Shown: positions 11,101-19,463, counted from the stretch's first letter. The stretch: 64,000 nucleotides of DNA from Candidatus Nomurabacteria bacterium (GCA_020632015.1 JACKGI010000002.1:155121-219120), one strand, 5' to 3'. Numbers and translations: made by a program. Notes: a model not told the origin generated them from the sequence alone.

Positions 11101-14100
11101 TTGGATGGTTGTACCGATATCTGAATCAAGAGCAAAGGCTGAACCTTCAATACCATCAAGGGTACCTGTCCAGTTTCCACCAACGAAGTTAGCGTAGGTA
11201 ATCTTGCCTGAACCATTGTCAGTGATATCCACCATACTGATGAAGTCACCAGTCGCGATTGAAGTTTCGGTGGTTAGTTCGTTTAGATCAAGGGTAAAGT
11301 CGTTGGCGGTAATGTCGATACCCACGCCACCAGTAGCGTTAGTGTCGTCGGTAATATCAAGTTTATTTAAAGTGATTTGTTGGCCAGATAGAGTCAGGTA
11401 GTTTGGTGTACCAGCTAGTGTAACGTTGGTTGAGTTGTCGGTACCAGCGGCATCAACTCCAAGTGAAGTTCTAGCGGTAGCGCCACTCTCCCAAGCCAAA
11501 GTACCAGCCGCGGTTGAAACTAAGAACTGGTCAGCGATGGTGTTAGCACCAAGAGTGTTTAGATCTTGCAGAACACCAGTCGTGGTTAGTCCACCAGCGG
11601 CTTGAGTTAGACCACCAGCACCAGTCACAGTTAGTTGGTCACCAGTTAGGGTAATACCGTTGCCGACGGTGAGGTTGGTTTCTGAGGAGATGTCCCAAGT
11701 AAACGGCAAAGTACCTGAGTTAACGAGGTTGTTCTTAGGCACAGATGTATCGTCGGTAATGTATCCAACTAATGAGTGATCACCCCAGTTGAAAGCGGTT
11801 GTCCAGTTGCTAGTTGAAGCGGTTAACGGAATTTCGTAACCAGCAGTCTGGGAGAAGACACCCGTACCTGAGGTGTATGTGATACCGGTAATAGTTTCTG
11901 AGATAGCGTCTCTAGCTCGCGTGTTGGTGAAGTATTGGTTGGTACCTTCAGTCAAATCGGTAGTAGTGTTATCAGAAAGGTCATCGTCATCTAGCGCTCC
12001 ATCATTATTAGTGAAGACATTAGTCACGCCCACTAGTTGGCTTTCGAGTTCAGCTTCTGAGTCGAGTTCAGTTTCCATCAAGAAGGTAGAGGTTGATACA
12101 TCAACCCAGTTTGAACCATCGAAGCTTAGTAGGTCGCCGCCGGTAGCGCCAGCTACGTCAGTGTCGGTTAGCCCAGCTAGAGTCACGCTAGTAGCGGAAC
12201 AGTCTTGCCATTCCCAAGTGTCGCCAGTAGCTTCATAAGTTAGACAGTATTCATCAGCTCCAGCTTGGCCAGTTGAGAGTACGTTATCTGGAGACACAAT
12301 ATCATTAGCGGTAATTGATGAACCAGCTCCTAGAGTCAAACTATCACTTATATATGTATCCAAAATCGCCGTTCCCTGCCAAACCCCTGAGGTAATAGTG
12401 TCGCCAGCTTCCCAGAACTGAGTCACGTCAGACAAAGCCGCATATAGTCCAGCTTCGTTATTTAACTCCCCTTCAAAGGCCGCGTCAGCCGCTGCGATTG
12501 AGTAGAAGTCAGTACCCGCTTCGAGGTCAAGTAGGGTGCGCATCGCCGCGTAGTTAGCAGCTGAAACTAATGATTGAGCGTTAGCTGATGGTGAGATACC
12601 AGCCCAAGTAGTGAGGTCAGCGTCGTAAGCTTGGACGTTGGTACCAACCACCAATGATAGATCGCTTCGTACCTCTCCAGCATCACGCCAGACGAAGTTG
12701 CCACCGGTGTTGTCATACTGCAAGAAGTCACCATCAACTGCTCCATTATCAGCGTTAAGGTCAGCTTCAACGATTGAGTCGGCAGCGATTGAAGTAGTGA
12801 TTGAGGTAGCACCAGTACCAGTCACGTCACCAGTTAGAGTGATAGTTTGGTTGCCAGTTAGGTAGGCGGCATCAAGTGAACAAGTGGTACCGTTGCAGGT
12901 AAAGTCGCCGAAGTCTTCGCTGGCTAATTCATTAGCGTTAATGGTACTGCCAAGGATTGAAGTATTAGCATTGTACCCTTGGATGGTTGTACCGATATCT
13001 GAATCAAGAGCAAAGGCTGAACCTTCAATACCATCAAGGGTACCTGTCCAGTCGCCCGAGACGAAGTTAGCGTAGGTAATCTTGCCTGAACCATTGTCAG
13101 TGATATCCACCATGCTGATGAAGTCACCAGTCGCGATTGAAGTTTCGGTGGTTAGTTCGTTTAGATCAAGGGTAAAGTCGTTGGCGGTAATGTCGATACC
13201 CACGCCACCTGTAGCGTTAGTGTCGTCGGTAATATCAAGTTTATTTAAAGTGATTTGTTGGCCAGATAGAGTTAGGTAGTTTGGTGTACCAGCTAGTGTA
13301 ACGTTGGTTGAGTTGTCGGTACCAGCGGCATCAACTCCAAGTGAAGTTCTAGCGGTAGCGCCACTCTCCCAAGCCAAAGTACCAGCCGCGGTTGAAACTA
13401 AGAACTGGTCAGCGATGGTGTTAGCACCAAGAGTGTTTATGTCTTCAAGAACACCAGTCGTGGTTAGTCCACCAGCGGCTTGAGTTAGACCACCAGCACC
13501 AGTCACAGTTAGTTGGTCACCAGTTAGGGTAATACCGTTGCCGACGGTGAGGTTGGTTTCTGAGGAGATGTCCCAAGTAAACGGCAAAGTACCTGAGTTA
13601 ACGAGGTTGTTCTTAGGCACAGATGTATCGTCGGTAATGTATCCAACTAATGAGTGATCACCCCAGTTGAAAGCGGTTGTCCAGTTGCTAGTTGAAGCGG
13701 TTAACGGAATTTCGTAACCAGCAGTCTGGGAGAAGACACCCGTACCTGAGGTGTATGTGATACCGGTAATAGTTTCTGAGATAGCGTCTCTAGCTCGCGT
13801 GTTGGTGAAGTATTGGTTGGTACCTTCAGTCAAATCGGTAGTAGTGTTATCAGAAAGGTCATCGTCATCTAGCGCTCCATCATTATTAGTGAAGACATTA
13901 GTCACGCCCACTAGTTGGCTTTCGAGTTCAGCTTCTGAGTCGAGTTCAGTTTCCATCAAGAAGGTAGAGGTTGATACATCAACCCAGTTTGAACCATCGA
14001 AGCTTAGTAGGTCGCCACCGGTAGCGCCAGCTACGTCAGTGTCGGTTAGCCCGGCTAAAGTCACGCTAGTAGCGGAACAGTCTTGCCATTCCCAAGTGTC

Positions 14101-17100
14101 GCCAGTAGCTTCATAAGTTAGACAGTATTCATCAGCTCCAGCTTGGCCAGTTGAGAGTACGTTATCTGGAGACACAATATCATTAGCGGTAATTGATGAA
14201 CCAGCTCCTAGAGTCAAACTATCACTTATATATGTATCCAAAATCGCCGTTCCCTGCCAAACCCCTGAGGTAATAGTGTCGCCAGCTTCCCAGAACTGAG
14301 TCACGTCAGACAAAGCCGCATATAGTCCAGCTTCGTTATTTAACTCCCCTTCAAAGGCCGCGTCAGCCGCTGCGATTGAGTAGAAGTCAGTACCCGCTTC
14401 GAGGTCAAGTAGGGTGCGCATCGCCGCGTAGTTAGCAGCTGAAACTAATGATTGAGCGTTAGCTGATGGTGAGATACCAGCCCAAGTAGTGAGGTCAGCG
14501 TCGTAAGCTTGGACGTTGGTACCAACCACCAATGATAGATCGCTTCGTACCTCTCCAGCATCACGCCAGACGAAGTTGCCACCGGTGTTGTCATACTGCA
14601 AGAAGTCACCATCAACTGCTCCATTATCAGCGTTAAGGTCAGCTTCAACGATTGAGTCGGCAGCGATTGAAGTAGTGATTGAGGTAGCACCAGTACCAGT
14701 CACGTCACCAGTTAGAGTGATAGTTTGGTTGCCAGTTAGGTAGGCGGCATCAAGTGAACAAGTGGTACCGTTGCAGGTAAAGTCGCCGAAGTCTTCGCTG
14801 GCTAATTCATTAGCGTTAATGGTACTGCCAAGGATTGAAGTATTAGCATTGTACCCTTGGATGGTTGTACCGATATCTGAATCAAGAGCAAAGGCTGAAC
14901 CTTCAATACCATCAAGGGTACCTGTCCAGTCGCCCGAGACGAAGTTAGCGTAGGTAATCTTGCCTGAACCATTGTCAGTGATATCCACCATGCTGATGAA
15001 GTCACCAGTCGCGATTGAAGTTTCGGTGGTTAGTTCGTTTAGATCAAGGGTAAAGTCGTTGGCGGTAATGTCGATACCCACGCCACCTGTAGCGTTAGTG
15101 TCGTCGGTAATATCAAGTTTATTTAAAGTGATTTGTTGGCCAGATAGAGTTAGGTAGTTTGGTGTACCAGCTAGTGTAACGTTGGTTGAGTTGTCGGTAC
15201 CAGCGGCATCAACTCCAAGTGAAGTTCTAGCGGTAGCGCCACTCTCCCAAGCCAAAGTACCAGCCGCGGTTGAAACTAAGAACTGGTCAGCGATGGTGTT
15301 AGCACCAAGAGTGTTTATGTCTTCAAGAACACCAGTCGTGGTTAGTCCACCAGCGGCTTGAGTTAGACCACCAGCACCAGTCACAGTTAGTTGGTCACCA
15401 GTTAGGGTAATACCGTTGCCGACGGTGAGGTTGGTTTCTGAGGAGATGTCGATTGACTGACCAAGCTTAGAGATTGAAGTCGAACCATTTATATAAGAAG
15501 CAACTCTGGCATCAGTGTAGTAAAGATTTGAACCCTCGGTAAGATCATCTGTGTCATTATCGGCCAAGTTATCGTCATCCAATGACCCGTCGTTGTTAGT
15601 AAAGACGTTTGAAACATCCGACAGGAATGATTCCAAGATAGACTCAGTGTTACCACTCAATATAGTTGAGGAACCATTTATATAAGAAGCTACTCTATTA
15701 TCAGTGTAGAAAAGATTTGTCAAACCTTCAGTTAGATTATCGGTATTTATATTAAGCGCAGAAGTTGCTACTTGTGTCCAAGTGTTACCTGCTCCACCAA
15801 TAAGAATTTGATTTTGAGTAACAGAACCAAGACCAGTACCTCCACGAACCGCAGACAATGTGCCTGTCCAACCAGGAGTAAAGGTATGTGAAGAACCGGA
15901 AGAATTAACAGATAACGTAATGTTTGTATCAGTTGAAGTAGCAAAGCCCTGAGTAGCATCAGTTAAACCATTAAGTGAAGTGATTCCGCCACCTGCTCCT
16001 GGAAGGTTGTCATAAAGCACTTTGTAAGTATTCCCTCCATCATCTTGGTAAACAAAGTAGTCTCCACTACCAAAATCTGCATCGGTAGAAAGTTCATCAA
16101 TATTTAGATTCAAGGAATTACCACTCCATGACAACGCTTCACCAGCAGTAATTCGAGAGCTTGGCGTGTTATAAAAACCATTCCAATTTGTGGTTGATGC
16201 TGAGAGTGGAATATTATATCCAGCTGTAAGCGCAACATTATTTCCAGAAAGTTCGAGACCAGTTGCAGTCACACCGAGATTAGTTTGAGTAGAAATATCA
16301 GCTACGCCGAACAAATCTGAGAAATTAATTGCAAGTGATGAAGTCGCAAGATTAGCCCATGACGCACCAGTCCAGTACAACAAATCACCGAAGCTCTTTG
16401 TCATAGTAGTCACATCAGAAAGATTTTCTATACTGTCATCTGTAATGTCATCTGCTGTTATGTTGATTCCCATCGATGAAGTAGAAACCCAGTTCACGGC
16501 AGTTCCGTTAGTCTGCAAGATCATTCCGTTGGCACCAAGCGATGCGGCATTGTCGTAAATACCACCAGTGAAAGCAATATTACCGTTAACCGAAAGTTTT
16601 GCGTATGGAGTAGTAGTTCCGATTCCCACATTGCCTCCTGCGTAGTTCAGTCCACCTGTTGCGTTATCCCATTGTGAAAACAAATTACTGGAACCCTCAG
16701 CAATGTCATCGGTGTCACCTGTTGAGTTAGCCAAATCCTGATACCAACTCCCTTCCTCACCATCAAAAGTTCCAGACCAGTTCCCAGACTTGTCGAACCG
16801 ACCATCAGCCAGAGTTCCGGTAGTGTCACTCAAAGCGATGTTTAGAGATGAAGTTGCAATATCCGCCCAAGCTGAACCATTCCAGTACAGTAAGTCGCCA
16901 AGAGTTTCTGTCATTGTAGACACGTCTGTCAGACCCTCTAAAGAAATATCAAGAGAAGAGGTTGAGACAGTCAAAGCTCCACCTACGTTGGAGAGACCAG
17001 AGCCAGTAAGGTCTGTGAATGCCTCGCTGTTGATACTGAGGTTTGTAGTAAATAAATCAGAAATTGAGCTAGATGAATTGCTAATAAGGCCACCAGTGAA

Positions 17101-17619
17101 GGTGACCAATCCAGAAGCAGTATCATCCTGATCGCTTCGCAAGAATGAAGAAGATGCAACTCCGCCAAGATTAAAAGATTCGAAGGCAGACGGAACTGTA
17201 CCTAGTATTTTCCTAGGAGACATTTCACCATCTGATTCAATGTTGACCCCAAGATACAATGGCTGACTGAAATCTACTGAAGCTAGAGAAGTATTCACAC
17301 TTCCTAGCATGACTGAAAAAAGTCCATTTGTGACCTGCACCTGACTGCCACCAGTACGAGTCTCTGTCCAAATTGCAGACCCTCCGGTTGGAACTGAATA
17401 AAGGCTGAACTCCATATCATAAAGACCATCAGACACAGCTACACCGAGTGTGTCAGTGAGTTTTCCTTGATAGTTTATGTTGGCTGTAGGCGCTGCTTCA
17501 GCTACCGGAACGAGGTTAGGAAGTGAAGAACCTACCCCGATTAAGACCTGGATGAATATTAAGAAAACAGCGACGGCACGGCGTCCTCCTCCGTTATATC
17601 GATTTCTCGAAATATCCAT
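5176..17619 (-). CDS. Giant (4147 aa) secreted, repeat-rich surface protein with a C-terminal Ig-like (DUF5011-like) domain and an acidic Pro-rich tail
   Basis: Single uninterrupted ORF with an N-terminal signal/anchor (RRAVAVFLIFIQVLIGVG...AEA). Composition is Thr/Ser/Gly/Asp-rich. The motif LTEG.N.Y(F/Y)T(D/N).R recurs. A DUF5011-like segment (LNGLNPVEVIVGAQYSDAGV...TPTQYEIGYEVLDSNGSYAAITRTVIVV) lies near the C-terminus. Confidence 0.85.
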   Translation of the reverse strand: MDISRNRYNGGGRRAVAVFLIFIQVLIGVGSSLPNLVPVAEAAPTANINYQGKLTDTLGVAVSDGLYDMEFSLYSVPTGGSAIWTETRTGGSQVQVTNGLFSVMLGSVNTSLASVDFSQPLYLGVNIESDGEMSPRKILGTVPSAFESFNLGGVASSSFLRSDQDDTASGLVTFTGGLISNSSSSISDLFTTNLSINSEAFTDLTGSGLSNVGGALTVSTSSLDISLEGLTDVSTMTETLGDLLYWNGSAWADIATSSLNIALSDTTGTLADGRFDKSGNWSGTFDGEEGSWYQDLANSTGDTDDIAEGSSNLFSQWDNATGGLNYAGGNVGIGTTTPYAKLSVNGNIAFTGGIYDNAASLGANGMILQTNGTAVNWVSTSSMGINITADDITDDSIENLSDVTTMTKSFGDLLYWTGASWANLATSSLAINFSDLFGVADISTQTNLGVTATGLELSGNNVALTAGYNIPLSASTTNWNGFYNTPSSRITAGEALSWSGNSLNLNIDELSTDADFGSGDYFVYQDDGGNTYKVLYDNLPGAGGGITSLNGLTDATQGFATSTDTNITLSVNSSGSSHTFTPGWTGTLSAVRGGTGLGSVTQNQILIGGAGNTWTQVATSALNINTDNLTEGLTNLFYTDNRVASYINGSSTILSGNTESILESFLSDVSNVFTNNDGSLDDDNLADNDTDDLTEGSNLYYTDARVASYINGSTSISKLGQSIDISSETNLTVGNGITLTGDQLTVTGAGGLTQAAGGLTTTGVLEDINTLGANTIADQFLVSTAAGTLAWESGATARTSLGVDAAGTDNSTNVTLAGTPNYLTLSGQQITLNKLDITDDTNATGGVGIDITANDFTLDLNELTTETSIATGDFISMVDITDNGSGKITYANFVSGDWTGTLDGIEGSAFALDSDIGTTIQGYNANTSILGSTINANELASEDFGDFTCNGTTCSLDAAYLTGNQTITLTGDVTGTGATSITTSIAADSIVEADLNADNGAVDGDFLQYDNTGGNFVWRDAGEVRSDLSLVVGTNVQAYDADLTTWAGISPSANAQSLVSAANYAAMRTLLDLEAGTDFYSIAAADAAFEGELNNEAGLYAALSDVTQFWEAGDTITSGVWQGTAILDTYISDSLTLGAGSSITANDIVSPDNVLSTGQAGADEYCLTYEATGDTWEWQDCSATSVTLAGLTDTDVAGATGGDLLSFDGSNWVDVSTSTFLMETELDSEAELESQLVGVTNVFTNNDGALDDDDLSDNTTTDLTEGTNQYFTNTRARDAISETITGITYTSGTGVFSQTAGYEIPLTASTSNWTTAFNWGDHSLVGYITDDTSVPKNNLVNSGTLPFTWDISSETNLTVGNGITLTGDQLTVTGAGGLTQAAGGLTTTGVLEDINTLGANTIADQFLVSTAAGTLAWESGATARTSLGVDAAGTDNSTNVTLAGTPNYLTLSGQQITLNKLDITDDTNATGGVGIDITANDFTLDLNELTTETSIATGDFISMVDITDNGSGKITYANFVSGDWTGTLDGIEGSAFALDSDIGTTIQGYNANTSILGSTINANELASEDFGDFTCNGTTCSLDAAYLTGNQTITLTGDVTGTGATSITTSIAADSIVEADLNADNGAVDGDFLQYDNTGGNFVWRDAGEVRSDLSLVVGTNVQAYDADLTTWAGISPSANAQSLVSAANYAAMRTLLDLEAGTDFYSIAAADAAFEGELNNEAGLYAALSDVTQFWEAGDTITSGVWQGTAILDTYISDSLTLGAGSSITANDIVSPDNVLSTGQAGADEYCLTYEATGDTWEWQDCSATSVTLAGLTDTDVAGATGGDLLSFDGSNWVDVSTSTFLMETELDSEAELESQLVGVTNVFTNNDGALDDDDLSDNTTTDLTEGTNQYFTNTRARDAISETITGITYTSGTGVFSQTAGYEIPLTASTSNWTTAFNWGDHSLVGYITDDTSVPKNNLVNSGTLPFTWDISSETNLTVGNGITLTGDQLTVTGAGGLTQAAGGLTTTGVLQDLNTLGANTIADQFLVSTAAGTLAWESGATARTSLGVDAAGTDNSTNVTLAGTPNYLTLSGQQITLNKLDITDDTNATGGVGIDITANDFTLDLNELTTETSIATGDFISMVDITDNGSGKITYANFVGGNWTGTLDGIEGSAFALDSDIGTTIQGYNANTSILGSTINANELASEDFGDFTCNGTTCSLDAAYLTGNQTITLTGDVTGTGATSITTSIAADSIVEADLNADNGAVDGDFLQYDNTGGNFVWRDAGEVRSDLSLVVGTNVQAYDADLTTWAGISPSANAQSLVSAANYAAMRTLLDLEAGTDFYSIAAADAAFEGELNNEAGLYAALSDVTQFWEAGDTITSGVWQGTAILDTYISDSLTLGAGSSITANDIVSPDNVLSTGQAGADEYCLTYEATGDTWEWQDCSATSVTLAGLTDTDVAGATGGDLLSFDGSNWVDVSTSTFLMETELDSEAELESQLVGVTNVFTNNDGALDDDDLSDNTTTDLTEGTNQYFTNTRARDAISETITGITYTSGTGVFSQTAGYEIPLTASTSNWTTAFNWGDHSLVGYITDDTSVPKNNLVNSGTLPFTWDISSETNLTVGNGITLTGDQLTVTGAGGLTQAAGGLTTTGVLEDINTLGANTIADQFLVSTAAGTLAWESGATARTSLGVDAAGTDNSTNVTLAGTPNYLTLSGQQITLNKLDITDDTNATGGVGIDITANDFTLDLNELTTETSIATGDFISMVDITDNGSGKITYANFVSGDWTGTLDGIEGSAFALDSDIGTTIQGYNANTSILGSTINANELASEDFGDFTCNGTTCSLDAAYLTGNQTITLTGDVTGTGATSITTSIAADSIVEADLNADNGAVDGDFLQYDNTGGNFVWRDAGEVRSDLSLVVGTNVQAYDADLTTWAGISPSANAQSLVSAANYAAMRTLLDLEAGTDFYSIAAADAAFEGELNNEAGLYAALSDVTQFWEAGDTITSGVWQGTAIGDAYLTKTGDWTGTFDGQEGTYYLDNATHTGDVTGSGALAIANDVVAFGDIDYSLTLASNPGLLVDECYFAKTTSGGGFICEGSTADNNEQLYLLPDLNGADTTDTIATLGSTQTFTGVKTISSNWVNTANPWADNEVSDVLTVAGGTIGSNNISSASTWTTLGTLTIGDGGDRIDISSNTWDVTNGVITNATWNGAAIGDSYITKSGNWTGTFDGQEGSYYLANSFSTSSADYWETQQTSRSADDLSDDSIEALSDVASMSEITGDLLSWTGSAWSNVATSTLGLGNGTFLGLTDTPGSYTASAIPFVSGSALSFDSTFVYDGTNLGIGSSTPSSKLTIAGTEGSTDDIFNVASSSGYSYFSISSNGDLDVNNGAISYDSTNNQTSIANLLLGNVNFADDAGVVSWVDMNVTASSAVNTVLSYTASLDGNSLLTLYGKSDGSGGVTNLAVGIGTTTPSAKLTIAGTEGSTDDIFNVASSSGLSYLSISSDGNIDINNGAFYYDLALNKTSIERLDLGNVEFEQDAGWVSWIDLDVSASSTVGDVMAYSAQIDANELLTVYGEADGSGGIQNTRVFVGTTSSAVLGSSNIPDNSLIIGGGALCVDDNGGSNCDDAARTAGTIYAESSSVTAIDLAENYPTLDTSLEAGELVALAPKFQEVCTEVDENGEVRCTETDLSSVPLVEKADVTNSPTVLGIISTEPGVLLGGFGSSELAEFEKVPVALSGRVPVKVTDEAGVISPGDYVMLSDTMPGYAMKANKPGMAVGVALESFSPVDIKNEVSEGTDDSMETTVGVLEDNGFDVEEAVNGKKVKASSTASSTDTITADVPETDLEEESGVATGTIVVFVERTPLYITDFDFYSASSTIELEEDSFWGKLATLAANFKDGVLSLLGLVIGSQETPAGITIYDTVTGEPYCMYIANGEQVSQAGTCDSLNLATPSSNTANTDSADSVDNSSSNDQNSGGGSEEEINEISLTLNGLNPVEVIVGAQYSDAGVTVSGASDQSYGYIETVDGVAVDNINLDTSTPTQYEIGYEVLDSNGSYAAITRTVIVVEVVTDEGGTSGGGSSDETSNPDSDNGTSDGAGGEEVSGEGDGSQADSGAGGDTPDPEPSADPVEDTEEPVVEEPAEATPPPADPEPTV
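8608..15450. repeat. Tandem repeat, 1878-bp unit (626 aa), about 3.64 copies, near-identical, inside the giant CDS
   Basis: Sequence anchors recur at an exact 1878-nt period (for example 9806, 11684, 13562, 15440; alternate-frame ORFs at 8811, 10689, 12567, 14445). Identity breaks at about 8607/8608 and 15450/15451. Only a few substitutions are visible, concentrated in the 9817-11694 unit. Confidence 0.95.
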
Positions 17620-17790
17620 ACGTTATAACGTATTTTAGCATTTAGGAGCTATATATACTTATTGTATATATAGGGGGAAAAGTGGATAAGAAATAATGAT
17701 GACTGAATAAAAACTCGTCAAATCTGTGATAAAAACACGAATTATAAATTCGTCAATAGAAAGAAACTTCTGTTTTAATATAGCAAGTAT

Positions 17791-18264
17791 TTAAAGAGTT
17801 TTTGCAAGCCTAAGAATGTAATCAAACTGCTTCTTTGTAGTAGGAATTACAGAAAGCCTGTTCCCTTTTTGAACTAATTTGTAATCTAAAAGATTGGGAT
17901 CAGACTTAATTTCCTTCAAAGTCAAAATTCTTTTAAATTTTTGTATAAATTCAACATCTACGCATAGCCATCGAGGATTTTGTGGGTCTGATTTTGGGTC
18001 TGGATGTGCACTTTCTGGATCAAACTGAGTCGGATCTGGGTATGCTTTCCGACAAATTTTTGCAGTACCCGCTATCCCAGTTTCCTCTCCTGCATTTGAG
18101 TGGTAAACGAGCACTGAATCACCAACCATCATTTCGTTTCGCATCATATTTCTGACCTGATAGTTTCGTACACCATCCCACATTTCAACCCCAACCCTCT
18201 GTAGGTCGTCAATCGAAAATTCATTGGGTTCTGTTTTCATCAACCAGTATTTCATTAAATCCAT
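17791..18264 (-). CDS. EVE (PUA-like) domain protein
   Basis: YWLMKTEPNEFSIDDL...WDGVRNYQVRN...VLVYHSN...GIAGTAKI..AYPDP matches the EVE domain pattern. Confidence 0.85.
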   Translation of the reverse strand: MDLMKYWLMKTEPNEFSIDDLQRVGVEMWDGVRNYQVRNMMRNEMMVGDSVLVYHSNAGEETGIAGTAKICRKAYPDPTQFDPESAHPDPKSDPQNPRWLCVDVEFIQKFKRILTLKEIKSDPNLLDYKLVQKGNRLSVIPTTKKQFDYILRLAKTL

Positions 18265-18313
18265 TATACAATAAGCTCTGCTATAATATATTTAGACTAT
18301 TATTATAAATAAT

Positions 18314-18784
18314 TTGAAAATTATGTTGATGTTAAATGCACCGCAAAGAGATTTACTCAGAGACAAAGGAACAACACTGGGCCGAGCTTTGATAGGCTTT
18401 TTATTCTTTATGAGTGGAGTAGGAATAGTTTTAGGTGGACCCTCTAACACAGCCACGTATTTCACAACTCTTGGAATTCCAGTTGCAGGATTATTAGTTT
18501 GGTTAGTTGTAATAGTTAAAGTTGTTGCCGGTGGCGCTGTTATGATTGGAAAAAGAGTTGGTCTAGCATCTGCTGTACTAATCGGATTTACGTTCCTAGC
18601 TACCATCATCGGTCACGCTGGAATGAGCAACATGGCCCCGTTTGATTTAACAGCAATCCTAAAAAACTTAGCTATTATTGGTGGTCTATTGTATCTAATG
18701 GCGTACGGCCCAGGTGGTTCAAATACAAAATTTGCCCCAACTAATGACGATAAAAATGGTGATGGTATGCCAGACGTTATGTAG
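18314..18784 (+). CDS. DoxX-family membrane protein
   Basis: Four predicted TM helices. The DoxX-like N-terminus is GRALIGFLFFMSGV. Confidence 0.7.
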   Translation: MKIMLMLNAPQRDLLRDKGTTLGRALIGFLFFMSGVGIVLGGPSNTATYFTTLGIPVAGLLVWLVVIVKVVAGGAVMIGKRVGLASAVLIGFTFLATIIGHAGMSNMAPFDLTAILKNLAIIGGLLYLMAYGPGGSNTKFAPTNDDKNGDGMPDVM

Positions 18785-18793
18785 TAAAAATTT

Positions 18794-18828
18794 AAAAACA
18801 GGCGCGCCCTACGGGCGCGCCTGTTTTT
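18794..18828. terminator. Bidirectional intrinsic terminator between convergent genes
   Basis: AAAAACAGGCGCGCC-CTAC-GGGCGCGCCTGTTTTT. Perfect GC-rich stem flanked by an A-run and a T-run. Confidence 0.85.
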
Positions 18829-19237
18829 AAATATTTGCCGCTAGGTTACCCCAACATGGCATTGATGCACTCCATGGTTGTGTACCCTGAGTATCATACA
18901 GATACCGAGCGTACTCCATGTTTTGATGAATGTCATCGAGATCTAATGACATAGCAGTCGCTGTAGCTTCGTGATAACGCTTATTGATTTGCATTACACC
19001 AGTGTCAGCTGGATCAACTCTACCTCTTAAAACAGAGCCGTCCTCAAGTTCGTGTCTGAAGGTTGATTCACATCGAGCAATCTCGGCCATAATAGGAATA
19101 TCTTCAAAGTATGTCCGTACAATTGCCTCTGTATTCTTTTCAACTGCTTCATCTCTACTTTCTGCAATGTGTCCGTATGCTGTTTCAGGTAGTTGTACTG
19201 CCGAGACTGTACCTGCCGTAAACAACGCTAGAATCAC
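18827..19237 (-). CDS. Secreted lysozyme-like / transglycosylase-like protein (putative cell-wall hydrolase)
   Basis: ARCES...D.GVMQIN..YH resembles SLT/Rpf-type lysozyme-like domains. Short hydrophobic N-terminus. The start is an apparent GTG. Confidence 0.5.
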   Translation of the reverse strand: MILALFTAGTVSAVQLPETAYGHIAESRDEAVEKNTEAIVRTYFEDIPIMAEIARCESTFRHELEDGSVLRGRVDPADTGVMQINKRYHEATATAMSLDLDDIHQNMEYARYLYDTQGTQPWSASMPCWGNLAANI

Positions 19238-19434
19238 TGTCGATATAATAAGCCAAAGGTCTTATAGAATAAATATCAGTGTGACAAAGGTCGTGTTCGA
19301 TGAGAACACTTCCCTATTTATGAATGCTTTCGCTTCTTAAATAGAGGGCGTAAGGTGGAGACTCCGAGGAATCAATACACCGTCTGCGACACCGATAACC
19401 GGAAGACTATAACACTAATCTACGGATTTTATTC

Positions 19435-19463
19435 ATTATAGCATATATTTACTGTATTGTCAA
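19435..19463 (-). promoter_or_regulatory. Consensus sigma70-type promoter (TTGACA-N17-TATAAT) reading toward the 18827..19237 gene
   Basis: On the minus strand, TTGACA lies at 19463-19458, followed by a 17-nt spacer and TATAAT at 19440-19435. This implies a 5' leader of about 190 nt. Confidence 0.6.

Noticed and set aside
8811-15157. Dozens of 60-121-aa ORFs on both strands inside the giant gene, recurring every 1878 nt (for example 8811..9056, 8882..9109, 9995..10360 and their periodic copies)
   Set aside because: They are alternate-frame or antisense read-throughs of the tandem repeat inside a 4147-aa ORF. Their periodic recurrence reflects only the repeat. They have low-complexity Ser/Val/Leu-rich composition and no start-site signals.
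8608-15450. Possibility that the regular repeats are a CRISPR array
   Set aside because: The unit is 1878 bp, contiguous with no unique spacers, and in frame within a coding sequence. This is not CRISPR-like.
18292-18609. 105-aa minus-strand ORF overlapping the DoxX gene
   Set aside because: It is antisense to a better-supported membrane-protein ORF with a recognisable family pattern, and it has no RBS.
19238-19430. Calling the leader a ydaO-type c-di-AMP riboswitch
   Set aside because: Only short, loose similarities to the consensus are present. The characteristic GGGGA/ACCC and pseudo-symmetric helices could not be drawn by hand. It is left as an unclassified structured leader.
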